A stretch of 64,000 nt of DNA from the NCBI GenBank assembly GCA_024103275.1, contig JAGFIV010000104.1, positions 3,779 through 67,778 of the forward strand. The letters are read 5' to 3'. The stretch comes from Flavobacteriales bacterium. GTDB lineage: Bacteria; Bacteroidota; Bacteroidia; Flavobacteriales_F; PHOS-HE28. The notes under the pieces were generated by a model that did no database searches, was not told where the DNA came from, and was given only the letters and a program-made list of their open reading frames with translations. The translations under genes were made by a program, and so were the position numbers. Below, piece by piece: positions 45,598 to 56,114 of this stretch (position 1 is its first letter; each line of letters begins with the position of its first letter).

Positions 45598-46160
45598 GCC
45601 GCACCGGCACCCGGACCGGGGACGACCACGCGCGAAGTGATCACCCAAAAGCCCAGTGAACCCGGTGCCAGGCCATAGACCACCCCGCCCGGACCCGGAG
45701 CAGCGTCCGTCGGCCAAGGCAGATGCGGGGGCAATCCACCGTGCGTCCGCCAATACAGATGAAGGTCGAACTCCGGGTCTTCCTGGATGAGCAGCTTCCT
45801 TTCGGGCCCGTGGCAGAGGAAATTGATCGACAGGGCCGCGCCCAACAGGATGGGCCCCACGGCAACCAGGTTGAACCAGAACCAATCAGCGCGGTCCATC
45901 ACCAGGGCCTTGCCATACCAACGCACCGGCACAAAATTGCCGGCAACCGCAAACAGCAGGAACCAACGCAGCAGGCCGCTGAAGGTGATCAACGTGCGCA
46001 AGCCCACGGCAACCACGAGGAATACCGCGCTGAACAACCCGAACAGCATGAGCCAGACGGGCCATTGCGGGCCCTCGGCCTGTGGATCAACGGGCCGTTG
46101 TTGACGAGCGCGCGCCCGCTGCGGGCGCAGCCCCCATCCAGCATCCCTACCTTTAGCCAT
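45420..46160 (-). CDS. Hypothetical polytopic membrane protein; its last ~58 codons overlap the convergent LEA_2 gene
   Basis: Three hydrophobic helices ([61 protein letters not shown]) and GC-rich third positions in the non-overlapping part. The C-terminal 58 residues look like antisense shadow - possible frameshift or true earlier end. Confidence 0.45.
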   Translation of the reverse strand: MAKGRDAGWGLRPQRARARQQRPVDPQAEGPQWPVWLMLFGLFSAVFLVVAVGLRTLITFSGLLRWFLLFAVAGNFVPVRWYGKALVMDRADWFWFNLVAVGPILLGAALSINFLCHGPERKLLIQEDPEFDLHLYWRTHGGLPPHLPWPTDAAPGPGGVVYGLAPGSLGFWVITSRVVVPGPGAGAAHWSSSRCSTSNGNLLRRARALPTTVPCAFNNMLPRKAEPSSIGNTDAFPWKVARSGNR

Positions 46161-46162
46161 TC

Positions 46163-48271
46163 ATGCGCACCGGTTGCCAGGCATCGCGCATCCTGCTGCT
46201 TTCCTCGCTCCTGCACGCCAGCTGCAGACCCGGCCCGGCAACCGTGAAAGATACCATGCCCGTCCACACCAACCGCCTGGCCGCCGAAACCAGCCCCTAC
46301 CTGTTGCAGCACGCGCACAACCCGGTGGACTGGTACCCTTGGGGCGACGAGGCCTTTGCCGCCGCCAAGAAGGACAACAAGCTGGTGCTGGTGAGCATCG
46401 GATACAGCACCTGCCATTGGTGCCACGTGATGGAACGCGAAAGCTTCGAGGACGAGGAGGTGGCCCGGTTGATGAATGAACACTTTATCTGCATCAAGGT
46501 GGATCGCGAGGTACGGCCCGACGTGGACCAGGTGTACATGACCGCCGTGCAACTGATGACCCGACGGGGCGGATGGCCGCTCAACTGCTTCACCCTGCCC
46601 GACGGGCGTCCCGTGTACGGCGGCACCTACTTCCCCAAGGACCAATGGACCCGGGTGTTGGAACAATTGCAGCGCACCTGGCGGACGGACCCCGCGCGAA
46701 TGCTCGACTATGCCGCGAAACTGCAGGAGGGAGTGGCCGGCAGCGACCTGGTTGAACCAAATACCGACCCGCCTGCCTTCACGAAGAAACAGGTGGCCGA
46801 TCTGGCGGACCGCCTGGAAGAACATTTCGATACCGCCTGGGGCGGCCCCGACCGGGCACCGAAGTTCCCCATGCCCAACACCTATGAATTCCTGCTGCGC
46901 TACGCCTCCCTCTCCGGGCGCAGGGCCATCGCCAGGCAGGTACGCCTCACCCTGGACAAGATGGCCCAAGGCGGCATCTTCGACCAGATCGGTGGAGGCT
47001 TCGCGCGGTACAGCACGGACATCAGTTGGAAGGTGCCGCACTTCGAGAAAATGCTGTACGACAACGCGCAGCTCATCTCCTTATACAGCCACGCCTTCCA
47101 GGTGTTCCAAGAGCCCGCCTACCGCGACGTGGTGGAACGGACCTTGGCCTGGGCCCGCCGTGAAATGCGCTCTCCCGACGGGTTGTGGTACAGCGCGCTG
47201 GACGCCGATTCCGAGGGAGAGGAAGGCCTGTTCTACCTGTGGACCGAAAGCGAGCTGGACAGCGTGTTGGGGGCCGATGCCACTTTTGCCAAGACCTATT
47301 ACAACGTGGGTGGCGACGGATACTGGGAAGAGGGGCGCAACATCCTGTTGCGCACGATGGACGACGCGGGTTGTGCCGAGAGGCTTGGGCTTTCGCCAAC
47401 CGAGCTGGCCGCGAAACGGGCCCGGGTGGATGCCCTCCTGCTCGCCGCCCGCAGCAAGCGTGTCAGGCCCGGCCTGGACAACAAGGTGATCACCTCATGG
47501 AATGCCATGATGGTAACCGCCCTTTGCGATGCCTACGATGCCTTCGGCAACCCCGATGACCTGGCGCAGGCCACCGGCACCATGCAGGCCCTGTTGGGCC
47601 GATGCCGGCGCCCGGACGGCGGGCTGTGGCACGTGTTCATGGGGAATAACGCCTCGGTGAACGGCTTTCTCGATGACTACAGCTTCACGGCCGAGGCGCT
47701 GATAGCCCTGTACCAAGCCACCTTCGACGAAACCTGGCTGCAGGAAGCCCAGGCCTTGGCCGGATATGCACAGGCCCATTTTTTCGACGAGGCCAGCGGC
47801 ATGTTCTTTCTGGCCAGCAAGCTGGATCCCCCGCTGATAGCCCGGCAGATGGAGGTGACGGACAACGTGATCCCCGCCTCCAACTCCAGCATGGCCAAGG
47901 CGCTCTTCACCTTGGGCCACCTCTTCGATGACCGCGGGATGCTGGCCCGGAGCAGGCAACAACTGAACAACGTGGCAGGCAACATGGCCGAATACCCGGA
48001 AGGCTATACCAACTGGGGCATGCTGCTGATGGACCACGTTTATCCTTGGTATGAGATCGCCATCACGGGGCCGGATGCGTTGCTGCGCCGCCGCGAATTC
48101 AACCGGTACTACATCCCGGGCCGGGTGTTCACCGGCAGTGCCGGGCACAGCAAGCTTCCCTTGCTTGAAGACAAATTCAATGACGGGGCCACGACCATTT
48201 TCGTTTGCGAGAACAAGGTTTGCCGCTTGCCCGTGGCCACCGTTGACGAAGCGCTCATGCAGATCCAATGA
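46163..48271 (+). CDS. Thioredoxin-domain protein of the YyaL/DUF255 family (thioredoxin fold + six-hairpin glycosidase-like domain)
   Basis: …[25 protein letters not shown]…[20 protein letters not shown]…. The track start 46163 lies 3 bp from the divergent gene start; ATG 46256 (MPVHTNRL…) is a plausible real start. Confidence 0.85.
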   Translation: MRTGCQASRILLLSSLLHASCRPGPATVKDTMPVHTNRLAAETSPYLLQHAHNPVDWYPWGDEAFAAAKKDNKLVLVSIGYSTCHWCHVMERESFEDEEVARLMNEHFICIKVDREVRPDVDQVYMTAVQLMTRRGGWPLNCFTLPDGRPVYGGTYFPKDQWTRVLEQLQRTWRTDPARMLDYAAKLQEGVAGSDLVEPNTDPPAFTKKQVADLADRLEEHFDTAWGGPDRAPKFPMPNTYEFLLRYASLSGRRAIARQVRLTLDKMAQGGIFDQIGGGFARYSTDISWKVPHFEKMLYDNAQLISLYSHAFQVFQEPAYRDVVERTLAWARREMRSPDGLWYSALDADSEGEEGLFYLWTESELDSVLGADATFAKTYYNVGGDGYWEEGRNILLRTMDDAGCAERLGLSPTELAAKRARVDALLLAARSKRVRPGLDNKVITSWNAMMVTALCDAYDAFGNPDDLAQATGTMQALLGRCRRPDGGLWHVFMGNNASVNGFLDDYSFTAEALIALYQATFDETWLQEAQALAGYAQAHFFDEASGMFFLASKLDPPLIARQMEVTDNVIPASNSSMAKALFTLGHLFDDRGMLARSRQQLNNVAGNMAEYPEGYTNWGMLLMDHVYPWYEIAITGPDALLRRREFNRYYIPGRVFTGSAGHSKLPLLEDKFNDGATTIFVCENKVCRLPVATVDEALMQIQ

Positions 48272-48317
48272 CCCCACCTTTGCACCCCGAAGACAAGCTC
48301 CTTGCCCCGAGTTGCCC

Positions 48318-49277
48318 ATGCTGACCGATCTCCTTTCCCGATTCCCGGTGCACCGCCGGCTGCTGCTTTCCCTTTGCGTCGCGGGCGGAACGGTCCATGG
48401 CCAAATGCTGCTCATACAACCGGGCACGGATAACCCGACCGAGCTGCGGTTCAACCCCGAGTTCGTGGCCCGGAACGGATTGAAAAGCGTGGCCGGGCAA
48501 GCCTGGGTGAAAAGGAACAACGAGCCGATGCTGCCGTTGGACCGGCATTTCCTGTACCGCTTCAATGAGACCGGGCGGTTGGGCTACTCGAACAATTCCT
48601 TCGGGAAGCCGGGCTCGGGCATGGACACGGCATCCGTGATGTACACCTACTCGCCGGAGGGCCGGCTGATCCAGGCGCTGCACAACGACATCCACGGCTT
48701 TTTCGCCTTGCGGCAGGAATACGACCGGGAAGGGCGGGTGGAACGGACCCGGAATGTCCGTTTGGAAAACCTGGGGACCGACCGCTACCATTTCGTGGAA
48801 GGAGCCTCCACCACCATCAGCGACGAAAGCTACCGGTACCAGAAACTCAACGATACCGTGTGGATGAAAACCTGGCTGAACGACCGTGGCCGGCCCTACC
48901 AGGAAGAGCTGTTCACCTCGGACGGGTTGGGCTATCTGCGGCAGGTGGACCGGCGCAACCTGATCACCCGGAAACGCGGGCGGATCACGTTCACCTACGA
49001 TGAAAATGGGCGCTTGGCCGGGCGCAGCGACCAGCCCGACCTGGGGATCCAGCATTGGAGCACATGGACCTGGACTTATGACAAGGCCGGAAACCCGTTG
49101 ACGCGTGACCTGTTCCGCGATGGCGTCCTGGCCAGCCATAGCGAATACCTCTATGCCGAGGGCACGCTGTTCCTGAAGGCCATCCTCACGCGGAACGACG
49201 AGACCGGGGTGATCGACATCATCCGCTACGATACCGAGCGCCAAAGCGTGCTGGCCGAGCCCCTGCCCATGGATTGA
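48318..49277 (+). CDS. Short secreted YD-repeat (Rhs-like repeat) protein, 319 aa
   Basis: Start MLTDLLSRFPVHRRLLLSLCVAGGTVHG (signal peptide). Repeats YTYSPEGRLIQ / QEYDREGRVER / FTYDENGRLAGR / WTYDKAGNPLTR. The upstream part of track ORF 48051-49277 overlaps the YyaL gene. Confidence 0.6.
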   Translation: MLTDLLSRFPVHRRLLLSLCVAGGTVHGQMLLIQPGTDNPTELRFNPEFVARNGLKSVAGQAWVKRNNEPMLPLDRHFLYRFNETGRLGYSNNSFGKPGSGMDTASVMYTYSPEGRLIQALHNDIHGFFALRQEYDREGRVERTRNVRLENLGTDRYHFVEGASTTISDESYRYQKLNDTVWMKTWLNDRGRPYQEELFTSDGLGYLRQVDRRNLITRKRGRITFTYDENGRLAGRSDQPDLGIQHWSTWTWTYDKAGNPLTRDLFRDGVLASHSEYLYAEGTLFLKAILTRNDETGVIDIIRYDTERQSVLAEPLPMD

Positions 49278-49297
49278 GCAGGCCGGCGGCGGTCTGC

Positions 49298-50488
49298 TCA
49301 GATCACGCCCAGCTCATGGCCCACCTTGCCGAAGGCGGCAAGTGCCTTGTCGATGTGGGCATCGGTATGGGCAGCGCTCAACTGCACGCGGATGCGCGCC
49401 TCGTCCTTGGGGACAACGGGGTAGAAGAAGCCGATCACATAGATGCCTTCCTCCAGCAGCTTGTCGGCCATTACCTGGCTGAGCTTGGCATCACCGAGCA
49501 TCACGGGGATGATGGCCGCCCCGGCACCGCGTGTCTTGAAGCCCAGGGCCTCGATGCCTTCGCGGAACCTGTTGACGTTGCGCTCCAGGCGGTCGTGCAG
49601 CTCGGTGGACCCGCTGAGCAGGTCCACCACCTTGATGGACGCGCCCACGATGGCCGGTGCCAGCGAGTTGCTGAAGAGATAGGGGCGTGAGCGCTGGCGG
49701 AGCATCTCGATGATCTCCTTGCGCCCGGTGGTATAGCCGCCCATGGCCCCGCCCAGCGCCTTGCCCAAGGTGCTGGTGATGATGTCCACGCGGTCCGTCA
49801 CCCCGCAATGCTCCACGCTGCCGCGGCCGGTCCTGCCGATGAACCCGGTAGCGTGGCTTTCGTCCACCATCACCAGGGCCTCGTACTTGTCGGCCAGGTC
49901 GCAGATGCCCTTCAGGTCGGCGATGATGCCGTCCATGCTGAAAACGCCATCGGTCACGATGACGATGGTGGAGGCACCGTCCTTCCGGGCCGTTTTCAGT
50001 TGCAGCTCCAGGTCGGCCATGTCGTTGTTCCTGTATCGGTAGCGCATGGCCTTGCACAGGCGTACGCCGTCGATGATGCTCGCGTGGTTGAGCGCATCAC
50101 TGATGATGGCATCCTCCTGCCCGAGCAGCGGCTCAAACACGCCGCCGTTGGCATCGAAGCAGGCCGCGTAGAGGATGGTGTCCTCGGTGCCGTGGAACTT
50201 CGCCAACTTCTGCTCCAGTTGCTTGTGGATGTCCTGGGTGCCGCAGATGAAGCGCACGCTGCTCATGCCGTAGCCGCGTGCGTCCAACGTGGCGTGGGCG
50301 GCCTCGATCACATCCGGGTGTGAGGAGAGGCCGAGGTAGTTGTTGGCGCAGAAATTCAGCACCCGGGTTCCGTTCACGGTGATCTCCGCGCCTTGCTCGC
50401 TGGTGATCACACGCTCGCGTTTGAACAATCCCGCCTCCTCGATGGAGGCAAGCTCCTTGAGGAGATGATCCTTGAACTTACCGTACAT
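49298..50488 (-). CDS. kbl: Glycine C-acetyltransferase (2-amino-3-ketobutyrate CoA ligase)
   Basis: Start [28 protein letters not shown] (residue 149 of track ORF). Collinear with E. coli Kbl throughout (…[10 protein letters not shown]…SMDG…TLGKALGG…FFYPVVPK…). Confidence 0.95.
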   Translation of the reverse strand: MYGKFKDHLLKELASIEEAGLFKRERVITSEQGAEITVNGTRVLNFCANNYLGLSSHPDVIEAAHATLDARGYGMSSVRFICGTQDIHKQLEQKLAKFHGTEDTILYAACFDANGGVFEPLLGQEDAIISDALNHASIIDGVRLCKAMRYRYRNNDMADLELQLKTARKDGASTIVIVTDGVFSMDGIIADLKGICDLADKYEALVMVDESHATGFIGRTGRGSVEHCGVTDRVDIITSTLGKALGGAMGGYTTGRKEIIEMLRQRSRPYLFSNSLAPAIVGASIKVVDLLSGSTELHDRLERNVNRFREGIEALGFKTRGAGAAIIPVMLGDAKLSQVMADKLLEEGIYVIGFFYPVVPKDEARIRVQLSAAHTDAHIDKALAAFGKVGHELGVI

Positions 50489-50577
50489 GGTGAAGATGAT
50501 AATAGGGGCCCGTTGGCCGTTGCCCGGCGAATTTACCCAGCTTGACGGCTGCCCGGCAAAGTATTTTCCCCGACGGC

Positions 50578-50868
50578 CTATCCCACCACGCGGGGCACCT
50601 CGAAGTAGTCGCTGTCCTTCACCGGTGCATTGGCCAGCACCTGTTCCTTGGAGATCTCCAGGCGCGGTTCGTCGGGGCGCAACACATCCTGCTCCTCGGT
50701 CATGAAGATCAACGGTTCCACCCCGCGGGTATCCACCTGGGCCAGAACCTCGACGAAATCGATGATGCGCTGCATGTCGGCCATACGATCCCGGCGCAGC
50801 TGCGGGTCCGTGATGTCCAGCCGCGCCAATTCGGCGATGCGGTCCAAGGTGCCTTCGTCGATCTTCAT
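50578..50868 (-). CDS. gatC: Glu/Asp-tRNA amidotransferase subunit C
   Basis: 96 aa, [19 protein letters not shown]…. Confidence 0.9.
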   Translation of the reverse strand: MKIDEGTLDRIAELARLDITDPQLRRDRMADMQRIIDFVEVLAQVDTRGVEPLIFMTEEQDVLRPDEPRLEISKEQVLANAPVKDSDYFEVPRVVG

Positions 50869-51629
50869 CGTGCGGGATATGCCTGGCGCAAAGGTGCTTC
50901 AATTGCCTCAAATACGCGCCTCCTGAGGTCATCCACGTGTTCGTGGCCCCGTCCTGAGGGCATTTGGGGTTGATGGACCACCACGCGGGCGACGCCCGGC
51001 CTGCCGGCGCTCAATGGCTTCTCCGGGTCGCCGAACAGGTTCCAGTTGTCCAGGAAGGTGACGGGCACCACGGGCACTTGCTTCCGCACCGCCAGGCGGA
51101 ATGCCCCGTCCTTGAACGGCAGCAAGGCCGGGGCATTGGGCGAGATGGTGCCTTCGGGGAAGATGCTCACGCACACGCCCCGGTCGATGGCTTCACCCGC
51201 CTTGGCCAATGCCCGTGCCGCCTCCATGCCGTTGTTCCGGTTCACGGCGATGTGCATGTCCTTGAAGAATATGTTGAAAAGCGGCCACTGCAACAGCTCC
51301 TGCTTGCCCATGAAGAGGAAGTAGTGCGGCATGAAGCAGAAGGCATGGATGATGTCGATGTAGCTGGAGTGGTTGGCGCAGATGACGTAGGGGGGGGTCG
51401 GCAGCGGAGCCTTTGAAACAAGTTTCCAGGGTACCAGCCCGCAGCAGGCCAGAAAGCGGCCCCAGGCCTTCATCAAACGAAAGGCGGCGGGGTACCTGTC
51501 AGGCTTGTGCAACAGGATGCGGAAAGGGATGTACAGCACCACGAGCGAAACGCCGAAAAGAACGCCGAACCACAGCTTGAACAGCAGGCGTGGCAACACG
51601 AAGACCCATTTCCACAGCGGCCGCCGCAT
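50865..51629 (-). CDS. plsC: 1-acyl-sn-glycerol-3-phosphate acyltransferase
   Basis: Start [17 protein letters not shown] (C-terminal 254 aa of fused track ORF 50865-52949). NHSSYID and FPEGT motifs. 4-bp overlap with gatC. Confidence 0.85.
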   Translation of the reverse strand: MRRPLWKWVFVLPRLLFKLWFGVLFGVSLVVLYIPFRILLHKPDRYPAAFRLMKAWGRFLACCGLVPWKLVSKAPLPTPPYVICANHSSYIDIIHAFCFMPHYFLFMGKQELLQWPLFNIFFKDMHIAVNRNNGMEAARALAKAGEAIDRGVCVSIFPEGTISPNAPALLPFKDGAFRLAVRKQVPVVPVTFLDNWNLFGDPEKPLSAGRPGVARVVVHQPQMPSGRGHEHVDDLRRRVFEAIEAPLRQAYPAR

Positions 51630-51761
51630 GGATTCACCGGTGGCGACGGCCGGACTGCCGGGGTTATGCCCTTGTGCATTCACAGGCTTGCGGAAAAGAG
51701 GGGCGAAGCTACCGTCTATCTTCGTGCCCGCTTCGCCGGGAGCACCCGGCAACGACCACCG

Positions 51762-52736
51762 ATGCGCATACTTACCGGGATCCAGAGCACGGGAACCCCC
51801 CATTTGGGCAACTTGCTGGGCGCCATCCTGCCCGCCATCCGCATGGGCGGGTCGGCGGGCAATGATGCGTTCCTGTTCATCGCCGACCTGCACTCGTTCA
51901 CGGCCATCCGCGACCCGCTCGCGCTGCGCGAAAACACCTACGCGGTGGCCGCCGCCTGGCTGGCCTGCGGGCTGGACGTGGAACAGGTGACCTTCTACCG
52001 GCAGAGCGACGTGCCCGAGGTGACCGAGCTGGCATGGTACCTGGGCTGCGTGACACCGTACCCCATGCTGGCCAATGCACATTCCTTCAAGGACAAAAGT
52101 GAGAACGTGAGCCAGGTGAACGCGGGCCTGTTCTACTACCCGGTGCTGATGGCCGCGGACATCCTGCTGTATGATGCCGATGTGGTGCCCGTGGGCAAGG
52201 ACCAGAAACAACACCTGGAGATCACCCGCGACATCGCCGGGGCCTTCAACCGGGCCTACGGGGAGGACACCCTTGTGCTGCCGGTGGCCAGGATCGATGA
52301 GCAATTGATGACCATTCCCGGCACGGACGGCCGGAAGATGAGCAAGAGCTACAACAACACGATCAACATCTTCCTGCCCGAAAAGGAACTGAAGAAACAG
52401 GTGATGGGGATCGTGACGGACAGCAAGACCTTGGAGGAACCCAAGGACCCGGCCACGGATAATGTATTCCAGTTGTACAAATTGGTGGCCCCCCCCGATG
52501 CTGTGGCTGCCCTGGAAGCGAAATACAAGGCCGGAGGCTTCGGCTACGGCCACGCGAAAAAGGAGCTCTTGGGCATCCTGCTCGATCAGTTCGCCAAGGA
52601 ACGGGCCGCCTTCCAGGCGTTGATGGCGGACCAGGGGGAGCTGGACCGGCAACTGGCGATCGGGGCCGCCAAAGCCCGCACCGTGGCTGGCCGGACATTG
52701 GACCGGGTAAGGCAACGGGCCGGATACGGAAGCTGA
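51762..52736 (+). CDS. trpS: Tryptophan--tRNA ligase
   Basis: Start MRILTGIQSTGTPHLGNLLGAI (HIGH-type motif). KMSKS present. 324 aa. Confidence 0.95.
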   Translation: MRILTGIQSTGTPHLGNLLGAILPAIRMGGSAGNDAFLFIADLHSFTAIRDPLALRENTYAVAAAWLACGLDVEQVTFYRQSDVPEVTELAWYLGCVTPYPMLANAHSFKDKSENVSQVNAGLFYYPVLMAADILLYDADVVPVGKDQKQHLEITRDIAGAFNRAYGEDTLVLPVARIDEQLMTIPGTDGRKMSKSYNNTINIFLPEKELKKQVMGIVTDSKTLEEPKDPATDNVFQLYKLVAPPDAVAALEAKYKAGGFGYGHAKKELLGILLDQFAKERAAFQALMADQGELDRQLAIGAAKARTVAGRTLDRVRQRAGYGS

Positions 52737-52785
52737 GGCCTTGTGGGGCGGGTATTCCGCCGGACTTGTTGAAAACAACAGGGAC

Positions 52786-52803
52786 CCATCCCATGCGGGA
52801 TGG
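52786..52803 (+). terminator. Hairpin CCATCCC-atgc-GGGATGG downstream of trpS (weak or no U-tract)
   Basis: Read directly. Confidence 0.3.
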
Positions 52804-52882
52804 ACGGCCCCGTCCTTATCATTGAACATCATTAACCAACCCCTTCGGGCCGTTGCGCCCGGGTGAAAAACGACAAGAAAAG

Positions 52883-53038
52883 ATGGCAGCAGCAGTTGAA
52901 GCCTATTGCGTGAAATGCAAGGCGAAGCGCACCATGCAGGATGCCGCACAAGTGACCATGGCCAATGGCCGCAAGGCGATGAAGGGCAAGTGCCCCACCT
53001 GCGGCACGGGCATGTTCAAGATCTTGGGCAAGGTCTAA
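52883..53038 (+). CDS. Small zinc-ribbon protein (two CxxC pairs), ~51 aa
   Basis: MAAAVEAYCVKCKAKRTMQDAAQVTMANGRKAMKGKCPTCGTGMFKILGKV - CxxC…CxxC. Confidence 0.5.
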   Translation: MAAAVEAYCVKCKAKRTMQDAAQVTMANGRKAMKGKCPTCGTGMFKILGKV

Positions 53039-53116
53039 CCCTGCATCCGGGTCCTCCGTTGCAGGGGCTCGGCAGCAGGTTTCCAGGTCCGTGCCGCAGA
53101 TACAAAACCGACCGCA

Positions 53117-53899
53117 ATGGAGGGAATTATATTTCATTCCCGGAGAACAACACGGACCCTGCTCATCATCCTTGGGGTGTTGCTGGTGCTTCACCTCATC
53201 GTGGTCTTTTCGCATCTGGTGCTCCACAAGTCGGTAGCCGCCCTGACTGAATTGGCGGACCTCGACCTGGAAGCCAACCTGCCCACTTACTTCAACTCAC
53301 TGCTGTTCTTCATCGGAGCCGCGTTGTTCTTCCTGTACGGCAGGATGGAGGGGGGCCGGCATCGCTGGGGATGGCTGTTGATGGCAGCGACTTTCTGCTT
53401 TCTTGGCGTGGACGAGGGTTCCCAGGTCCATGAAAAGCTCATCCTGTTCACCCAGGGCCTGATGGCAGGGACCCATTTGGAGGGTGCAGCCCGGGGATGG
53501 CTGTACTATGCCTGGGTCGTTCCCTATCTCTTGGCGATCGTCGCATTGCTGGTGATCCTCTGGCGGTGGTTTTTCGGGCTTTCGCCCCAAATGCGCAACG
53601 GACTGGTGATCAGTGGTGCGATCTATGTGTTGAGTGCCGCAGGCTTGGAAATGGCCGAGGCCAAAGTGGCCACATCGTTTCCCTGGCGGGACCCGTCGTA
53701 CTATCCCTGGCTTCCCTGTGAGGTGTACAAGGCTTCCGGATGCTGGATGTACATGCAACCGCTCTACATCCTGATGTACACGTTGGAGGAATTGGGGGAG
53801 ATGCTCGCCCTGATCCTTTGCATCTGCACGCTGCTCCGCGGGATCGAGGCCAAGGGCATGGTGCTTACCCTGGGCATGGCCAAGGCGGCACAAGGATGA
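53117..53899 (+). CDS. Hypothetical polytopic membrane protein (~6-7 TM)
   Basis: 260 aa with multiple hydrophobic helices. No recognisable domain. Confidence 0.6.
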   Translation: MEGIIFHSRRTTRTLLIILGVLLVLHLIVVFSHLVLHKSVAALTELADLDLEANLPTYFNSLLFFIGAALFFLYGRMEGGRHRWGWLLMAATFCFLGVDEGSQVHEKLILFTQGLMAGTHLEGAARGWLYYAWVVPYLLAIVALLVILWRWFFGLSPQMRNGLVISGAIYVLSAAGLEMAEAKVATSFPWRDPSYYPWLPCEVYKASGCWMYMQPLYILMYTLEELGEMLALILCICTLLRGIEAKGMVLTLGMAKAAQG

Positions 53900-53913
53900 T
53901 CCCCGGGCGGCCC

Positions 53914-55029
53914 TCAATAGAGCTTCAGGCGGATGATCTTCCCTGAGGGTGTCCGGTCAAAGGCGTGCAGCGCCATGATGCGGCGCGGCCATTGATGCTT
54001 CGGGAGCACCTTCATCAGCACGGGGACCACCTCATCGATCACTTCCCCGGGCATCCGTCCGGTCTCCAGCACCATGGCCACCGCCTGCCCCAGGCGGTCG
54101 TCGGGTATCGGGGCGAAGTAGTGCGGGTAAGGGATCAGGCCGGCCGTGGTTTTTTCCATTTGTTCCGGGTAGAACTTCTTGCCGCCGCTCAAGATCACGT
54201 TGTCGATGCGGCCCAGCCATAGGAACTGATGGTCGTCGATGAGCTCCACCAGGTCGTTTGTCACATGCTGTTTACGTGCCAGGTGCGGCGTATGCACGAC
54301 CAGGCACCCGCGTTCATCCTGGCTGAATGCCGTATCCCCGATGGCCTGGTAGCCGGCTTGGGGCCGGGCCCCGTTCAGTTGGCGCAGGGCCACGTGGGTC
54401 ACCGTTTCAGTGCTGCCATAGCCTTGGTACACCGCCGTTTTCAAGCCCTGCACGTCCTCCTCCAAGGCCTTGCTCACGGGTCCGCCGCCCAGGAGGATGG
54501 TGTCGAACTGGTGTTCCACGCGGGCCCGGTCATCCTGAATGGCCCGGTGCAGCTGCATGGGCACCATGGCCGCAAACCGGAAACGGTCCATCACCTTCAA
54601 GTTTCCCAGCACGGGGCCTTCCGGGTCGATCACGTGCAGGTCCAGGCCCAAGGCCATGGCGCGCACCACCATCATTTTGCCCGCGATGTATGCACAGGGC
54701 AGGCACAACAACGCGCGGTCGCCCTCCTGCAGACCGAAGGCCCTGGCCGTAAGCCGTGCGCTGTTCACCAGGTCGCGCCGGGGAATGCGCATGGCCTTGG
54801 GCGGGCCCGTGGTCCCGCTGGTGGTCACGCTGATGGACGTACCGCCCATCAGGGTGAGGTCGAAGATCAGGTCGTGGATGGCCCGCCTCCAGGTTTGATC
54901 ACGGCGTCCGCGCCTGTCATGGACGTTAAAGTGCTCGACGGCTTCGACCCGGCCCAGGACCTTGCCGTCCACGGTAAGCGAATCAAAAGCCCGCGCGATG
55001 GTGCGCTTGGATCCCGGTGCACCTTTCAT
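53914..55029 (-). CDS. menE: O-succinylbenzoate--CoA ligase (short-form AMP-binding enzyme)
   Basis: Start MKGAPGSKRTIARAF (residue 96 of track ORF). AMP-binding P-loop …TSGTTGPPKA…. ~371 aa. Location in the men cluster. Confidence 0.8.
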   Translation of the reverse strand: MKGAPGSKRTIARAFDSLTVDGKVLGRVEAVEHFNVHDRRGRRDQTWRRAIHDLIFDLTLMGGTSISVTTSGTTGPPKAMRIPRRDLVNSARLTARAFGLQEGDRALLCLPCAYIAGKMMVVRAMALGLDLHVIDPEGPVLGNLKVMDRFRFAAMVPMQLHRAIQDDRARVEHQFDTILLGGGPVSKALEEDVQGLKTAVYQGYGSTETVTHVALRQLNGARPQAGYQAIGDTAFSQDERGCLVVHTPHLARKQHVTNDLVELIDDHQFLWLGRIDNVILSGGKKFYPEQMEKTTAGLIPYPHYFAPIPDDRLGQAVAMVLETGRMPGEVIDEVVPVLMKVLPKHQWPRRIMALHAFDRTPSGKIIRLKLY

Positions 55030-56114
55030 CCCTTGGGCGCGGCCGGCCCCGGTACCGGCGACAATTGCAACTGTTCGAGGTCCCAGGCCACTTCCGGCAC
55101 GTAGCGCAGTTCGCCACCCTTCACCGCAATGGGTGAAGGGACGTTGTTGGCATAAACGCTGCCGGTGCCAAGCCCCTGGGGGCGGTTGATGGGTAGCGTA
55201 GCGGTCCACTGGGCGACGGCATTGAGGCCGATGCTGCTTTCCAGCGCCGAGGTGATCCACCAGCCGATGCCACGCTCCCCTGCCAGGTCGATCCATTCCT
55301 GCGCGGATGCCCATCCACCAACAAGGCTCGGTTTGATCACGATGAACTGGGGCTTCACGTGGTCCAATAGGTCTTGCTTGGCCCCCCGCACATGCAGGCC
55401 GACCAGGTCTTCATCCAAGGCAATGGGCAGGGGCGTGTTCGCGCACACTTCGGCCATCGTCTCGTACAACCCTTGGCCCACGGGCTGTTCGATGCTTTCC
55501 ACGTCCAGCGCGGCAAGGCGCTCCAGCACGGGCATCACGTCGCGGTGGTTGAACGCGCCGTTGGCATCCACGCGCAACGTGAGTTCCCGCGCGCTGAAGT
55601 TCTTCCGGACCTCGGCCAGGAGCTCCAGTTCGTCATCCACGCCGATGGCCCCGATCTTCATTTTCACGCAGCGGTTGCCGCCATCGATCTGTGCCTGGAT
55701 GCGCTGCCGCATGGTGGCCTTGTCGCCCATCCATACCAGGCCGTTGATGGGGATGCCTTGGCGGCCCAAGGTAAAATCCGAGGGAAAGAGGACCTTGCTG
55801 CCGCTGGCGCGCAGGTCGCACAGGCATTGCTCCACGGCGAAGCGCACGCTGGGCACCTGAAGGAGATCACGCTTCAAGCGGTCCTCCCAGTCGGCGGTGT
55901 TGGCGCAGAGTTCCACCAACTTGGTGCGGACGTCCGCCGGAAACTCCAAGCTGTGCCCCGGGAAGGGGGCGGCTTCGCCGATGCCCCTGATCCCGGGCCG
56001 TTCCTTGTGCCAGGCGATCAAATACCAAACGGTGCGCGCATGCAGCACGCCCTTGCTGGTGCCCAGCGGGAAGCGTGGCGTGAGCGTGACCTCCTTCCAA
56101 ATGGCTTCGATCAT
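55026..56114 (-). CDS. menC: o-Succinylbenzoate synthase (enolase superfamily)
   Basis: Start MIEAIWKEVTLTPRFPL (residue 55). …KMKIG…DANGAF… enolase-superfamily catalytic motifs. Confidence 0.8.
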   Translation of the reverse strand: MIEAIWKEVTLTPRFPLGTSKGVLHARTVWYLIAWHKERPGIRGIGEAAPFPGHSLEFPADVRTKLVELCANTADWEDRLKRDLLQVPSVRFAVEQCLCDLRASGSKVLFPSDFTLGRQGIPINGLVWMGDKATMRQRIQAQIDGGNRCVKMKIGAIGVDDELELLAEVRKNFSARELTLRVDANGAFNHRDVMPVLERLAALDVESIEQPVGQGLYETMAEVCANTPLPIALDEDLVGLHVRGAKQDLLDHVKPQFIVIKPSLVGGWASAQEWIDLAGERGIGWWITSALESSIGLNAVAQWTATLPINRPQGLGTGSVYANNVPSPIAVKGGELRYVPEVAWDLEQLQLSPVPGPAAPKG

